Shown here: positions 13,701 through 27,600 of the stretch, piece by piece
Position numbering within the stretch: position 1 is the stretch's first letter
How the letters are laid out: every line of letters starts with the position of its first letter
DNA from: Squalus acanthias
Lineage: Eukaryota
Assembly (NCBI GenBank): GCA_030390025.1
Contig: CM059431.1
Span: 149,918,001 to 149,982,000, forward strand
Length of the DNA: 64,000 nt
Direction: 5' to 3'
The notes under the pieces: model-generated
What the model saw: only the letters and a program-made list of their open reading frames with translations
Told to the model about the DNA's origin: nothing
Database searches by the model: none
Made by a program: the position numbers and the translations under genes

Positions 13701-14635
13701 CTGCTCTGTTCTTTGTGGCTCAGTATCTCACCGGGCCATGGAATGATCCTGAGCCTATCCTGCACTGTGTGGTGCTCAGTACCACATCGGGTGAGATTAG
13801 CTAACACATCACAGGCCGTGGGATAATCCTGGCCACACCCTGAACTGTGTGGTGCTCAGTACCACACTGATTGATACCTGCTAACACAGGACAGGCCGTG
13901 GGATGATCCTGGGCACATCCTGCACTGTGAGGTGCTCAGTACCACACAGGTTGATACCTGCTAACAAACCACAGGCCGTGGGATGATCCTGGGCACATCC
14001 TGCACTGTGTGGTGCTCAGTACCACACTGGTTGTTACATGCTAACACACCACAGGCCGTGGGTTGATCCTGGGCGCATCCTGCTCTTTGTGGGGCTCAGT
14101 ACCACACTGGGTGAGATCAGCTACCACATCACAGACCGTGGAATGATCCTGGGCACATCCTGCTCTGTGTAAGGCTCAGTACCTCACTGGGTGAGAACTG
14201 CTAACACACCGCAAGTCGTGGAATGATCCTGGGCCTATCCTGCACTGTGTGGGGCTCAGTATCACACTGGGTGAGTACAGCTACCACATCACATGCCGTG
14301 GAATGATCCTGGGCCTATCCTCCTCTTTGTGTGGGGCTCAGTACCACACTGAATGAGAACAACAGAAATACCATAGGCCGGTAATGGAGACTGGATCCTT
14401 GAAGCTTTGTGTGGGGCTCAGTTCCTTACCAAATGAGAACAACTAAGATACCACAGGAGAGGGCATGATGCTGGTCACTTGCTGCTCTGTGTGCGGGGCA
14501 CAGTCCAGCTCCAAATGAGAATAACAGATATACCACAGGACAGGGAATTATCCTGGGCACTGCCTTCTCACTGGGTGGGGCACAGTATCTCACCGAATGA
14601 GAACAACTGACATATCACGGGCCGGAAATGGAGCC

Positions 14636-15500
14636 ACTACTGCAGGGAATCGAATCTTCATTACTGAGCCTGCCTCCCGCAGTTAAACGGATCAGTTAAC
14701 CTGTCATAGTCTGATCTACGTTTCTTAGCGGTGTCCAGTCATTGAAGTGCCATTGATTGAATTGTTGGATTGCTTTGAGTGTTCATCCTCAGTATCTCTT
14801 TTTAAATATATTAACCATGAGTGGGAATAGTGTCTCGCGCTGCTGTGCCCACCTGACTGGCATTAATAGGATCATGTAATTTGAACGTCTCAGAGCAGGT
14901 TTCCTTTGTTTGCAAATCAGTCATCCACTCAAGGGAACAGCACCTACTCCAAGAACAGAAATCACCACTTCTCACAGAAAGTGCGGGCATATTTAATCGT
15001 TATTTGGACCGAACATGATTTCTAACTTACGCCGTTAAACTCTGTGGTCAGCGATTGTTTCTGGACAGTCCCTAACTGTGTAAATATGTATTGCACGGTA
15101 TGCTTGCTTTTCTCCCGTCTGTTTGAGGATTCAACCGCATTGTTCTGAGCTGTTTCTTACACAGGTGGCTGATTAGTGATGTCAGTGCCGAGAATGCCGT
15201 GCTTTTATCTTTTACTTTTTATTACATGTGATTGCGTTATATAGGCTGGAATATTCTTTAAATCTCTGGCATGAGTAATGTAATCGGGTTATAGCTTTCT
15301 TCCTAGAATGAATGATACTTGAATTAGGCCGAGCACTGGCATCACTTTCGGGCAATGGCTACCTTTAAGGTTTCTGGTTGAGTTAATTGATACTGGAGCA
15401 GTTTCTGGGTGATGGGTCAGTTTACATGTGTTGTGTTAGGCCCAGACAGCAGGATAGATGCGATAGTTCAGCATAGACCAGAGAGGATGCCTGGAACTGT
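14636..15500 (+). repeat. Non-satellite cassette copy 4 (full, ~0.87 kb)
   Basis: Same colinear sequence, entered through GGAGCC|ACTACTGCAGGGAATCG. Confidence 0.9.
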
Positions 15501-18500
15501 CCTGTTCTTTGTGTCTCAGTAATTCACTAGGTCATGGAATGATCCTGGGCCCATCCTGCTCTGTGTAGGGCTCAGCAACACATCGGGTGAGATCAGCTAA
15601 CACACCACAGGTCGGAGATTTATTCTGGACACATCCTGCTCTTTGTGGGGCTCAGTACCACACTGGGTGTGATCAGTTAAAACTCCAGATGCCGGGGAAA
15701 GCTCCTGGACCTATGCTGCACTGTGTGTGAGGCTCAGTACCTCTCTGAATGAGAACAACTGACACACCACAAGCCGGGAATGGAGCCTGTGCCCATCCTG
15801 CTCTGTGTGTGGTTCTTGGTATCACACCTGGTGTAACCAGGGAAAACACCAAAGTACAGAACATATCCTGGGCTCTTCCTGCTCTGTGTGCGGTGCACAG
15901 TCCATCTCCAAATGAGAACAACTGACATACCACAGGACAGGGCATGCTACTGGGACATTGCTTCCTTCTGTAGGGGCTCAGTACCATACTGGGTTTGATT
16001 AGCATACACACCACAGGCCATGGAATGATCCTGGGCCGATCCTGCTCTGTGTGGGGGTCAGTACCACACTGAGTGAGATCGGGTAACACATCACAGGCTG
16101 TGGAATGCTGCTGGCCCAAACCTCCTCTGTGTGGGGCTCAGTACCACAATGGTTGACAACAGTTCAATCAGCACAGGTCTGGGATGGAGCCTGGGATCTT
16201 GCTGCGCTGTGTGTGACTCAGTCCCACACGGGGGAGATCAGCTAACACAGGACAGGCCGGGATGGATCCTGCATCTTTCCTGTTCTGTGGGGCTGAGCAC
16301 TACATCAGTTCAGATCTATTAACAGAGCCTGGGCCTTTCCTGGTCTATACTTGGGGATCAGTACCTCACCAAATGAGAACAACTTGATATACAACAGACC
16401 GGGAATTGAGACAGGCCCGTTCCTGCTCTGTGTGGGCTCAGTATCACATAGGATGATATCAGGGAAAACAACCCAGGAACGGGAATGATCCTGGGCCTTT
16501 CCTGCTCTGTGGTGTGGGGCTCAGTACCTCACTGAATGAGAATATTTGACAAACCACAGGCAGTGAATGGTGCCTGGGTCCTTCCTGCACTGTGTGGTGC
16601 TCAGTACCTCAACGAATGAGAATAACAGACATACCAGAGGCCGGTAATGGAGCCTGGGCCCTTCCTTATCTCTGGGTGGGGCTCAGTAGCTCACCGAATG
16701 AGAACAACTGAGACTCTACAGGCCAGGAATGGAGCCTGGCCACATCCTGCTCTGTCTGTGGGTTTCATTACCTCGCCGAATGAGAATAACATAACTTCTT
16801 CAGGCCGGAAATGGAGCCTGGGCCCGTCCTGCTCTTCATGGAGCTCAGTACCTCACTGAATGTGAACAACTAACATACGACCGGCCGGGAATGGACCCTG
16901 GGCCCATCCTGCTCTGTGTGTGGGTCTCATTACCTCACCGAATGAGAATAACATACAAAACTCAGGCCGGGAATGGAGCCTGGGCCCATCCTGCTCTGTG
17001 GGGGTCATTACCACACCAAATGAGAATAACTGACACAGCAAAGGCCGGTATGGAGCCTGGGCCTATCCTGCTCTGTGTGTGGTTGTCAGTACCTCACGGA
17101 GTGTGAACAAATAAATTACAACAGGTCAGAAATTGTGCCTGGGGCCTTCCTCCACTGTGTGTGCGGCACTGTTCCTCACCGAATGAGATTAACTGGCACA
17201 ACACAGGCCGGGAATTCAGCCCTGGCCCGACCTACTTTGTGTGTGGGGCTCGGTACCTCACGGAATGAGAACAACTAACATACCACAGCCTGGGAATGGA
17301 GCCTTGGCACATCCTGCTCTGTGTGTGACGATCAGTATCACATCGGGTGAGATCAGTGAGAACATCACCTGACAGGGAATGATCCTGGGAGCTTCTGACA
17401 GTTTGTGGCGATACGTACCTCAACTAATGAGAATAACAGACATACCACAGACCTGGAAGTGCGATTGGCCCCATCCTTCTCTCTGGGTGGGGCCCTGTAC
17501 CTCGCTGAATGAGAACAACTGACCTACCGCAGTCCGGGAATGTAGCCTGGGCACTTCCTGCTCTGTGTGGGTCTCAGTACCACACTGAATGAGAACAACT
17601 GACATACCATAGCCCGGGAATGTAGCTTGGTTCCTTCCTGGTCTGTGTTATGGGGCGCAATACCTCACGGAATGTGAAAAACTGGCATACTACAGGCCGG
17701 GAATGGGACCTGGGCCCTTCCTGCTCTGTGTGTGGGGCTCAGTACCTCACTGAATGTGAACAACTAACATACTACAGGCCGGAAATGGAGCCTGGGCCCA
17801 TCCTGCTCAAAGTGTGCAGCTCAGTACCTCACTGAATGTGAACAACTAACATACTACAGGCCGGAAATGGAGCCTGGGCCCTACCTACTCCGTGTGTGGG
17901 GCTCAGGACCTCTCATAATGAGAATAACTAACGTAACAGAGGCCGGGAATGGAGCCTGGGCCCATCCTGCTCTCTGTGTGCGGCTCAGTACCACACAGAA
18001 TGAGAATAACTGACACATTACAGGCCGGGAATAGAGCCTGCGCCCATCCTGCTCTGTGTGTGGTTCTCAGTACCTCACGGAATGTGAACAACTAGCATAT
18101 TACAGGTCGGGAATGGAGCCTGGGCCCATCCTGCTCTGTGTGTGGGGTTCAGTACCTCACAGAATGTGAACAACTAACACATTACAGGCCGGGAATGGAG
18201 CCTGGGCCCATCCTGCTCTGTGTGTGGGGTTCAGTACCTCACAGAATGTGAACAACTAACACATTACAGGCCATGAATGGAGCCTGGGCCCATCCTGCTC
18301 AGTGTGTGGTTCTCAGTACCTCACAGAATGTGAACAACTAACACATTACAGACCGGGAATGGAGCCTGGGCCCTGCCTGCTCTGTATGTGGAGCTCAGTA
18401 CCTCACCGAATGTGAACAACTAACACATCACAGGCCGGGAATGGAGCCTGGTCACATTCTGCTCTGCGTGGGGATCAATACCACACTGAGTGATATCAGT

Positions 18501-19339
18501 TCACACACCACAGCACTAGAATGATCCTGGGCCCATCCTGCTCTCCCTACTGCGCAGTACCACAACGGGTGAGATCAGCGAACACACCACAAGCTTAGGA
18601 TAATCCTATGCTCATACTGCTCTGTCTGTGTCTTGATACCGCGCTGGCCGAGATGAGATAACACACCACAGTCATTGGAATGATCCTCTGCCCATCCTGC
18701 TCTGTGTGGGGCTCAGCACCACGCCGGGTGAGATCAGCTAACAGATTACAGACCGTGGAATGATCCTGGGCCTATCCTGTACTATGTGTGGGGCTCAGTA
18801 CCACACTGAATGAGTACAACAGAAACTCGACAGGCCTTGAATGGAGAATGGGTCCTTCCTGCTCTGTATGTGGCCTCATTTCCTCCTCAAATGAGAACAA
18901 CTAACATATCACAGGCCTGGAATGGAGTCTTGACACATCCTGCTCTGTGTGTGGTGCTCAGTATCACAACGGGTGATAGCAGCTAACATACCACAGGGGA
19001 AAGTGGACGCACCTGGGCGCTTGCTGCTCTGTGTGCGGGTCACAGTCCATCTCCAAATGGGAAGAACTGACACACCACAGGACAGAGAATGATCGTGGGC
19101 CCTTCCTGCACTGTGTGAAGCTGACTACATTACCGAATGAGAATAACAGACATACCACAGGCAGGGAATGCAACCTTGATCCTTTCTTCTCACATGGTGG
19201 GGTTGAGTACCTCACGTAATGAGAACATCTGACATACCACATGCCGGGAATGATACCTTGGGCTTTCCTTCTCTGTGAGTGGGGCTCAGTACCTCACAAA
19301 ATGAGAAAAACTGAAATACAACAGGCTGGGAATGGAACC

Positions 19340-20205
19340 AGTAATACAGAGAATCGAATATTCATTACTGAGCCTGCCTCCCACAGTTAATCAGGTCAGT
19401 TTACCTGTCATAGTCTGATCTACATTTCTTAGGGTTGTCTAGTCAGGGACTTTTATAATTGAAGTTAAATTGATTGAAATGTTTCATTGCATTGTGTGTT
19501 CATCCTCAATATCTCTATTTAAATATATTAACCATGACTGGGAATAGTGTCTGACGCTGCTGTGCCCACCTGACTGGCACTAATAGGATCAGGTAATTTG
19601 AGTGACTCAGAGCAAGTTTCCTTTGTTTGCAAATCAGGCATCCAGTCAAGCGAACAGCAGCTACTCCAAGAACAGAAATCACCACTTCTCACAGGAAGTG
19701 CGGGCTTATTTAGTCATATTTAGAAGATGATGTAGACATTACGCCGTCAACTTGTGTGTTCAGTGACTGTTTCTGGACAGTCCCAAACTGTGTAAATATT
19801 TCTTCCACCGTGTGACTGCTTTTCTGCCGTCTGTTTGAGGATTCAGCCACATTGTTCTGAGCTGTTTCTTATACAGGTGGCTGTTTAGTGATGTCAGTGC
19901 CGAGAATGCCGTGTTTTTATATTTTAATATTTATTCCATGTGATTGCTTTATTCAGACTGGACCATTCTTTGAATCTCTGGCATCAATAATGTAATCGGG
20001 TTAATGTTTTCATCCAACAATTAATGATCCCTAAATCAGGCTGAGCATCGCATCACTTTCCTGAATTGGCTACCTTTAATGTTTCCGCTTGAGTTAATTG
20101 ATACTGGAGCAGTTTCTGGGTGATGGGTCAGTTTATAGGTGTTATGTTCGGTCCAGACAGCAGGTGAGATGCGATAGTTCAGCATAGATCCGAGATGATG
20201 CCTAG
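19340..20205 (+). repeat. Non-satellite cassette copy 5 (full)
   Basis: Same colinear sequence and same entry junction. Confidence 0.9.
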
Positions 20206-22987
20206 AACTGTCTTGTTCTTTGTGGCTAAGTAACTCACCAGGCCATGGAATTAACCTATTCCCATCCTGCTTTGTGTGGGGCTCAGCAACACATCGGTGA
20301 GATCAGCTAACCCACCACAGGCCGTGGAATGATCGTAGGCCCATCCTGCTCTGTGTGTGGCTCAGTACCACATTGGTTTCTTTCAGATAACCCACCAAAG
20401 ACCGGTTAATGTTTCTGGGCCCATCCTGCTCTGGGTGGGGCTCAGTACCAAACCGGCTGAAATCTACTTACACACCAATTCGCTGGATTGATCCTGAGCC
20501 CATCCTGCACTGTGTGTTGCTCAGTACCACACTGGGTTTGTTCAGCTAAACAACAGAGTCCAGGGAATGCTCCTGGGCCTATCCTGCACTGTGTGTGGGG
20601 CTCACTTGGTTAGAGCAGCTCTCTCAGCACAGGCCGGAATGGATCCTGCCTCTTTCCTCCTGTGTGGGGCTGAGCACTCTCTTGGTTGAGATCTGTTAAC
20701 AGAGCCTGGGCTATTCCTACGCTGTGTGTTGGTCCAGGTTCCTCACCAAATGAGAATAACTGACATACCACAGTTCGGGAATGGAGCCTGGGAGCATCCT
20801 GCTTTGTTTTTGGACCTCAGTCTCGCACCGGGTGAGTTCAGGGAAAACACCACAGGACAGGGAATGATCCTGGGGCATTCTGCTCTGTATATAGGGCACA
20901 GTCCAGCTCCAAATGAGAACAACTGACATGCCACAGGAGAGGGTTTGCTCCTGGGCCCATCGTCCCCTTTGTGTGGGGCTCATTATCACACCGTTTCAGA
21001 TCAGCTAACACACCACAGGACGGGGAATGATCCTGCGCCCTTTGTGCACTGTGTTGAGCTCAGTACTTCATCAAATGAGAATACAGACATTACTTAGGCC
21101 GGCAATTATCCTGGGGCCTCCCTTCTCTCTGGATTGGGTTCAGTATCTCACCAAATGAGAATACCCTACACAGCACAGGCCGGGAATGGAGCCTGGGCCT
21201 ATCCTGCACTCTGTGGGGCTCAGTACCACACCGGGCGCGATCAGCAACACACCGAAGGCCAGGGAAAGATCCTGGGCCCATCTTGCTCTGTGTGGGGCAC
21301 AGTACCACATAGAGTGAGTTCAGGAACCACACCACAGGCCTGGGAAAGGTCCTGGGCCTATCGTGCGCAGTTTGGTGCTCAATAGCACACTGGGTGTGAT
21401 CAGCTAATCAACCACAGGCCGGGGAATGATCCTGGGCAAATCCTGCTCAGTCTGGGGCCCAGTACCACACTGGGGGTATCAGCTGAACAGTTAAAGGCTG
21501 CGGAATGATCCTGGGCCCATCTTTCTCTGTGTGGGTCTCAATAGCACACCGAGTAAGCTTAGGAAACACACAACAGGCTTGGAAATGATCCTGGGCACAC
21601 CCTGATCTTTGTGAGGCTCAGTACCACACCGGTTGTGAACAGATAAAACACCATTGGCCGGGCAATGCTTCTGTACCTATCCTGCTCTATTTTTGTCTCA
21701 GTACTAAACTGACTGAGAGCAGCTCACTCAGCACAGGCCGGAGATGGAGCCTGGGATCTTCCTGCTCGGTGTTTGACTCGGTACCACACGCGGCACATCA
21801 GGTAAACAGGACAGGCCGGGATAGATCCTGCATATTTTCCCTGTTCTGTGGGGGTGAGCACTGCACCGATTCGGATCTGTTAACAGAGCCTGGGTCATTC
21901 CTGCTCTGTGTGTGAGGCCAGTACCTCACTGAATGAGAACGACTGATATACCACAGGCCGGGACTGGAACCTGGACCCATTTCTGCTCTGTGTGCAGTAC
22001 ACAGTAAATTACCGGGTGAGATCAGGGAAAACACCACAGAACAGGGAATGATCCTGGGTCCTCCATTCTCTCTGTGTGGTGCTCAGCACCTCATCGAATG
22101 AGAATAGTAGACATACCACAGGCCGGGAACGATGCCTTGACCCTTCATGCCCAGTGTGTGGGGCTCAGTACCTCATCGAATGAGAACAACTAATTGGAAA
22201 TTACGCCTGGGCCATTCCTGCTCTGTGTGTGACTGCCTACCACACAGGGGAGATCAGCTAACACAGGACAGACAGGTATAGATTCTGCACCTTTCCTGTA
22301 ATGTGGGGTTGAGCACTGCACCGGTTCAGAACTGTTAACAGATTCCGAGCACTTCCTGCTCTGTGTGGGGCTCAGTTACTCACCAATTGAGAACAACAGA
22401 ATACCACATGCCAGGAATGGAACCTGGGCATTTCGTCCTCTGTGTATGGGGTTCAGTTGCTCAACAAATGACAATAACTGGCACAGCAGAGGCCGGGAAT
22501 GTAACCTGGGCCAATCCAGCTCAGTGTGGTGCTCAGTACCACACCGGATGAGATCAGCTTACACATCAAAGGCTTGGAAATCATTCTCGGCCCATCCTGC
22601 TCTGTGTGGGGTTCCGTACCAAACTGGCTTATATCAGCTAACACCCCAACAGCACTGCAATGATCCCGGGCCCATCCTGCTCTGTGTGGTGCTCAGTACC
22701 ACACTGGGTGAGATCAGCTAACAGACCACAGGTCGTGGAATTATCCTGCGCCTATCCTGCACTGTGTGGTGCTCAGTTCCACACTGGGTGAGATCAGCTA
22801 ACAGACCACAGGTCGTGGAATGATCCTGGGCCTGTCCTGCACTGTGTGGTGCTCAGTTCCACACTGGGTGAGATCAGCTAACAGACCACAGGTCGTGGAA
22901 TTATCCTGGGCCTATCCTTCACTGTGTGTGGGGCTCAGTACCGCACTGAATGTGTCAATAGAAATACCACAGGGCGGGAATGGAGCC

Positions 22988-23855
22988 ACTACTGCAGGGA
23001 ATCGAATCTTCATTACTGAGCCAGCCTCCCGCACTTAAACAGGTCAGTTTACCTGTCATAGTTTGATCTACATTTCTTAGGGTTGTTCATTCAGGGAGTT
23101 TTATGATTGAAGTGACATTGATTGGATTGTTGGATTGCTTTGAATGTTCATCCTCAATATCTCTATTTAAATATATTAACCATGAATGGGAATATTGTCT
23201 CACGCTGGTGTGCCCACCTGACTGGCACTAATAGGATCATGTAATTTGAGCGTCTCAGCGCAGGTTTCCTTTGTTTGCAAATCAGGCACCAGTCAAGCGA
23301 ACAGCAGCTACTCCAAGAAGAACAGAAATCACCACTTCTCACAGAAAGTGCGGGCATATTTAATCGTTATTAGGACCGAAGATGATTTCTACCTTACGCC
23401 GTCAACCTGTGTGGTCAGTGATTCTTTCTGGAGAGTCCGTAACTGTGTAAATATGTAATCCACGGTAAGAATGCTTTCCCCCCGTCTGTTTGAGGATTCA
23501 GCCCCATTGTTCTGAAATGTTATTTACACAGGTGGCTGGTTAGTGATGTCAGTGCCGAGCTTTTACATTTTACCGTTTATTCAAGCTGATTGTTTTTTTC
23601 AGCCTAGAATATTCTTTGAATCTCAGGCATCAGTAATGTAATCGGGTTAATGTATTCATCCAACAACTAATGATCCCCGAATCAGGCTGATCACTGGCAT
23701 CACTTTCGGGCAATGGCTACCTTTAAGGTTTCTGGTTGAGTTAATATATTATGAAGCAGTTTCTGGGTGGTGGGTAACTTTACATGTGTTGTGTTAGGTC
23801 CAGACAGCATATGAGATGCGATAGTTCAGCATAGACCAGAGAGGATTCCTGGAAA
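22988..23855 (+). repeat. Non-satellite cassette copy 6 (full)
   Basis: Same colinear sequence and same entry junction. Confidence 0.9.
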
Positions 23856-24272
23856 TGTCCTGTTCTTTGTGACGCAGTAACTCACCGGGCCATGGAATGA
23901 TCTTGAGGGCATTCATGCTCTGTGTGGGACTCAGTACCACAATTGGTGCGATCAGCTAACCCACCACCGTCTGGGGAATGATCCTAGGCCCATACTGCTA
24001 TGTATGGGACTCAAAGCCACGCTGGTTGATATGTGCAAACACACGACTGCCCTGGGAATGATCCTAGGCCCATCCCATTCTTTGCGGGACTCAGTACCAC
24101 ACTGGTTGATATGTGCAAACACACGACTGCCCTGGGAATGATCCTAGGCCCATCCTGCTCTGTGTGAGGCTCAGTACCACACCGGGTCAGATCATCTATC
24201 ACACAACAGGCCGTGCAATGATTCTACGTCAATATTGCATCGTGTGGGACTCAGTCACATTGGTTGAGATTG

Positions 24273-24646
24273 TTTTTTTCATTCGTTCACGGAATGTGGG
24301 CGTATCTGGCAAGGCCAGCATTTATTGTCCATTCCTAATTGCCATTTCAGAGGGCAGTTAAGAGTCAACCACATTGCTGTGGATCTGGAGTCTCATATAG
24401 ACCAGACCAGGTTAGGATGGCAGATTTATTTCCCTGAAGGATATTATTGAACCAGATGGGTTTTTATGAAAATCTGTAAATTTTGTGGTCACCATTATAG
24501 TTATTAACTTTTTATTCCAGATGTATTAATTAACTGAATTTAAGTTTCACAGCTGCCATGGTGGAATTTGAACTCACGTCTCTGTGTCATTAGTCTAGGC
24601 CTCTGAATTACTAGTCCAGTAAAATAACCACTCTGAAACCGTTGCC
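24273..24646 (-). mobile_element. Full-length tRNA-derived SINE (~375 bp) inserted in a satellite monomer
   Basis: On the minus strand: A-box-like GGTTTCAGAGTGG, B-box-like GAGTTCAAATTCC, A-rich 3' end. It interrupts the monomer at GAGAT|...|GATATCAGCTA, a possible 5-bp imperfect TSD. Confidence 0.88.
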
Positions 24647-27600
24647 GATATCAGCTACCACACCACAGGCCAAGGAATATTTCTGGGCCCATCCTGCTCT
24701 AGGTGGGGCTCAGTAGGACACCGGGTGAAATCTGCTTACACACCAATTCGGTAGATTGATTCAGAGCCCATCCTGCTCTGTGTGGGGCTCAGTACCACAG
24801 TGGCTGTGAACAGCTAAGTCACCACAGGCCGGGGAATATTTCTCGGCCCATCCTGCTCTGAGTGGGGCTGAGTACCACAGCGGGTGAAATGTATTAACAC
24901 ACTGTTAACAATTCTGTGGGTTGATCCTCGGCCTATCCTGCACTGTGTGTGAGGCTCACTGTGTGAGATCAGCTCACTCAGCACAGGCCGGGATGGATCC
25001 TGCCTCTTTCCTGTTCTGTGGGGCTGAGTACTACTCCCGTTCTGTTCTTTTAAAATAACTAGACCATTCCTGTCCTGTTTGTGGGGACCAGTACCTCACC
25101 GAATGAGAACAACCGATAAACCACATGCCAGAAATGGAGCCTGGGCCCATCCTGCTCTGTGTGCGCGGCTCAGTATCACACCGGGTGAGATCAGGGAAAA
25201 CACCACAGGACAGGGAATGATCATGGGCCCTTGCTGCACTCTGTGGATCTCAGTACCTCACCGAATGAGAATAACAGACATACCACAGGTTGGGAATGTA
25301 GACTGGGCTCTTCCTAATCTGTGTGTGGGTAATAGTACCTTAACGACTGAAAACAACTGACACATAACAGGCCGGGAATGGAGCCTGGGGCCAACCTGCT
25401 CTGTGTGTGGTTGATTACCACACCGCGTGCAATCGGGAACAAAGCACAGGCTGTGGGATGATCCAGGGCCCATCCTGCTCCCTGTGGCGGACAGTACCAT
25501 ACCGTGTCAGATTAGCTAACACACCACAGGCCCAGATGGATCCTGCATCATTCCTGTTCTGTGCGGCTGAGCATTACACCAGTTCAGATCTGTTAACAGA
25601 GCCTGGGCCATTCCTGCTCTGTACGTGGGGATCAGTACCTCACCGAATGAGAACAACTGATATAGCACAGGTCGTTAATGGCGCCTGGGCCCATCGTTGT
25701 GTGTGTGTGTTGCTCAGTATCCCACCGGGTGAGACCAGGCAAATCACAACAGGCCAGGAGTGATCGTGGGCCCTTGCTGCACTGTGTGGAGCTCAGTACC
25801 ACACCGAATGAGAATAACTGACATCCCACAGGCTGGGAATGGAGCCTTGGTCTTTCCTGCTCTGTGTGAGGCTCAGCCCTCTCTGATTGACAACAACTAA
25901 CATACCAAAGGACAGCAATGGAGCCTGGGCTCATCCTGCTCTGTGTGTGGGTCTCCGGAACTCACCGAATGAGAATAACAGACATATCAAAGGCCAGGAA
26001 TGGCGCCTTGGTCCTTCCTGCTCTGTTTGTGGTGCTCTGTATCACACTGGTTGAGATCAGGGAAACCACCTCAGGACAGGGAATGGAGCATACGCCGTTC
26101 CTGCTCTGTTTGTAGGGCTCAGTTCCTCACCGAATGAGAATCACTGACATACCATCTGCCGGAAATGGAGCCTGGGCCCTTCCTGCTCTGTCTTTAAGTC
26201 TCAGTACCTCACCAAATGAGAATAAATGGCATACCACATGCCGGAAATGAAACCTAGGCCCTTTCTTCTCTATGTGTCGAGCTCAGTAACTCACCGAATG
26301 AGAATAAATGACATACCACCTTCCGGAAATGGAACCTGAGCACTTCCTGCTCTGTGTGTAGGCCTCAGTACCTCACTGAATGAGAATAACAGATATATCA
26401 CTAGCCGGAAATGGAGTCTGGGACCTTCCTGCTCTGTGTGTAGGGCTCACTACCTCATCGAATGAGAATAAATGACATACCACATGCCGGAAATGGAGCC
26501 TGGGACCTTCCTGCTCTGTCTGTAGGGCTCAGTAACTCACCGAATGAGAATAAATGACATACCACATGCCTTAACTGAAACCTGGGCCATTCCTGATCTG
26601 TGTGCAGCTCAGTCCCTCACCAAATGAGAATAACATATATACCACAGGCGGGGAATGGATCCTGGGCCCTTCCTGCTCTGTGTGGGGCTCAGTACCACAC
26701 CGACTGGGAACGACTGGCATACAATAGGCCAAAAAATGATCCTGAGCCTATCCAGCTTTGTGTGGGACTCAGTAGCACATTGGTGAGATCAGCTAACACA
26801 CCACAGGCCGCGGAATGTTCCTGGGCCCATCCACCTCTGTGTGGGGCTCAGTACTACACTGGGTGATATCTGCTAATGTACCACAGGCCTGTAATGATCT
26901 AGGTCCTCTAACTCTCTGTGGGACCCATTACCACACCGGTTAAGATCAGCTAACACAGAAAAGGCCCAAATGGACCCTGCTTCTTCCTGCTCTGTGGGGC
27001 TGAGCACTACAGCAGTTCAGAAGTATTACAAAGCCTGGGCCATTCCTGCTCTGTATGTGGGTTCAGTACATCACCGAATTACAACAACTGACATACCACA
27101 AGCCGGGAATGGAAAGTGGGCCCATCCTGCTCTGTGGGTGTTGGTCAGTATCACAACGGGTGGGATCAGGGAAAACACCAGACGCCAGGAACGATCCTGG
27201 GCCCTTGCTGCACTGTGTGGAGCTCAGTATCTCACCGAATGAGTATAAATGACATACCACAGGCCGGGAATGGAGCCTGGGCCCTTCCTGCTCTGTGTGG
27301 GGCTCAGTACCACAAACAAAAGTGACCAACTGACATACAACAGACCAAGAATGATCCTGAGCCCTTCCTGCACGATGTGCAGCACAGTATCTCACCGGAT
27401 GAGAATAACAGACAAACCACTATGAGAACAATTAACATAGAGCCTTGGCCCTTCCTGCTCTGTGTGGGCCTCAGCCCTCTCTAAATGAGAACAACTAACA
27501 TATAACACAACGGGAATGGAGCCTCTGCCCTTCCTGCTCTCTGTGTTTTGCTCAGTATCACACTGGTTGAGATCAGGGAAAGCACCACAGCACAGCGCAT

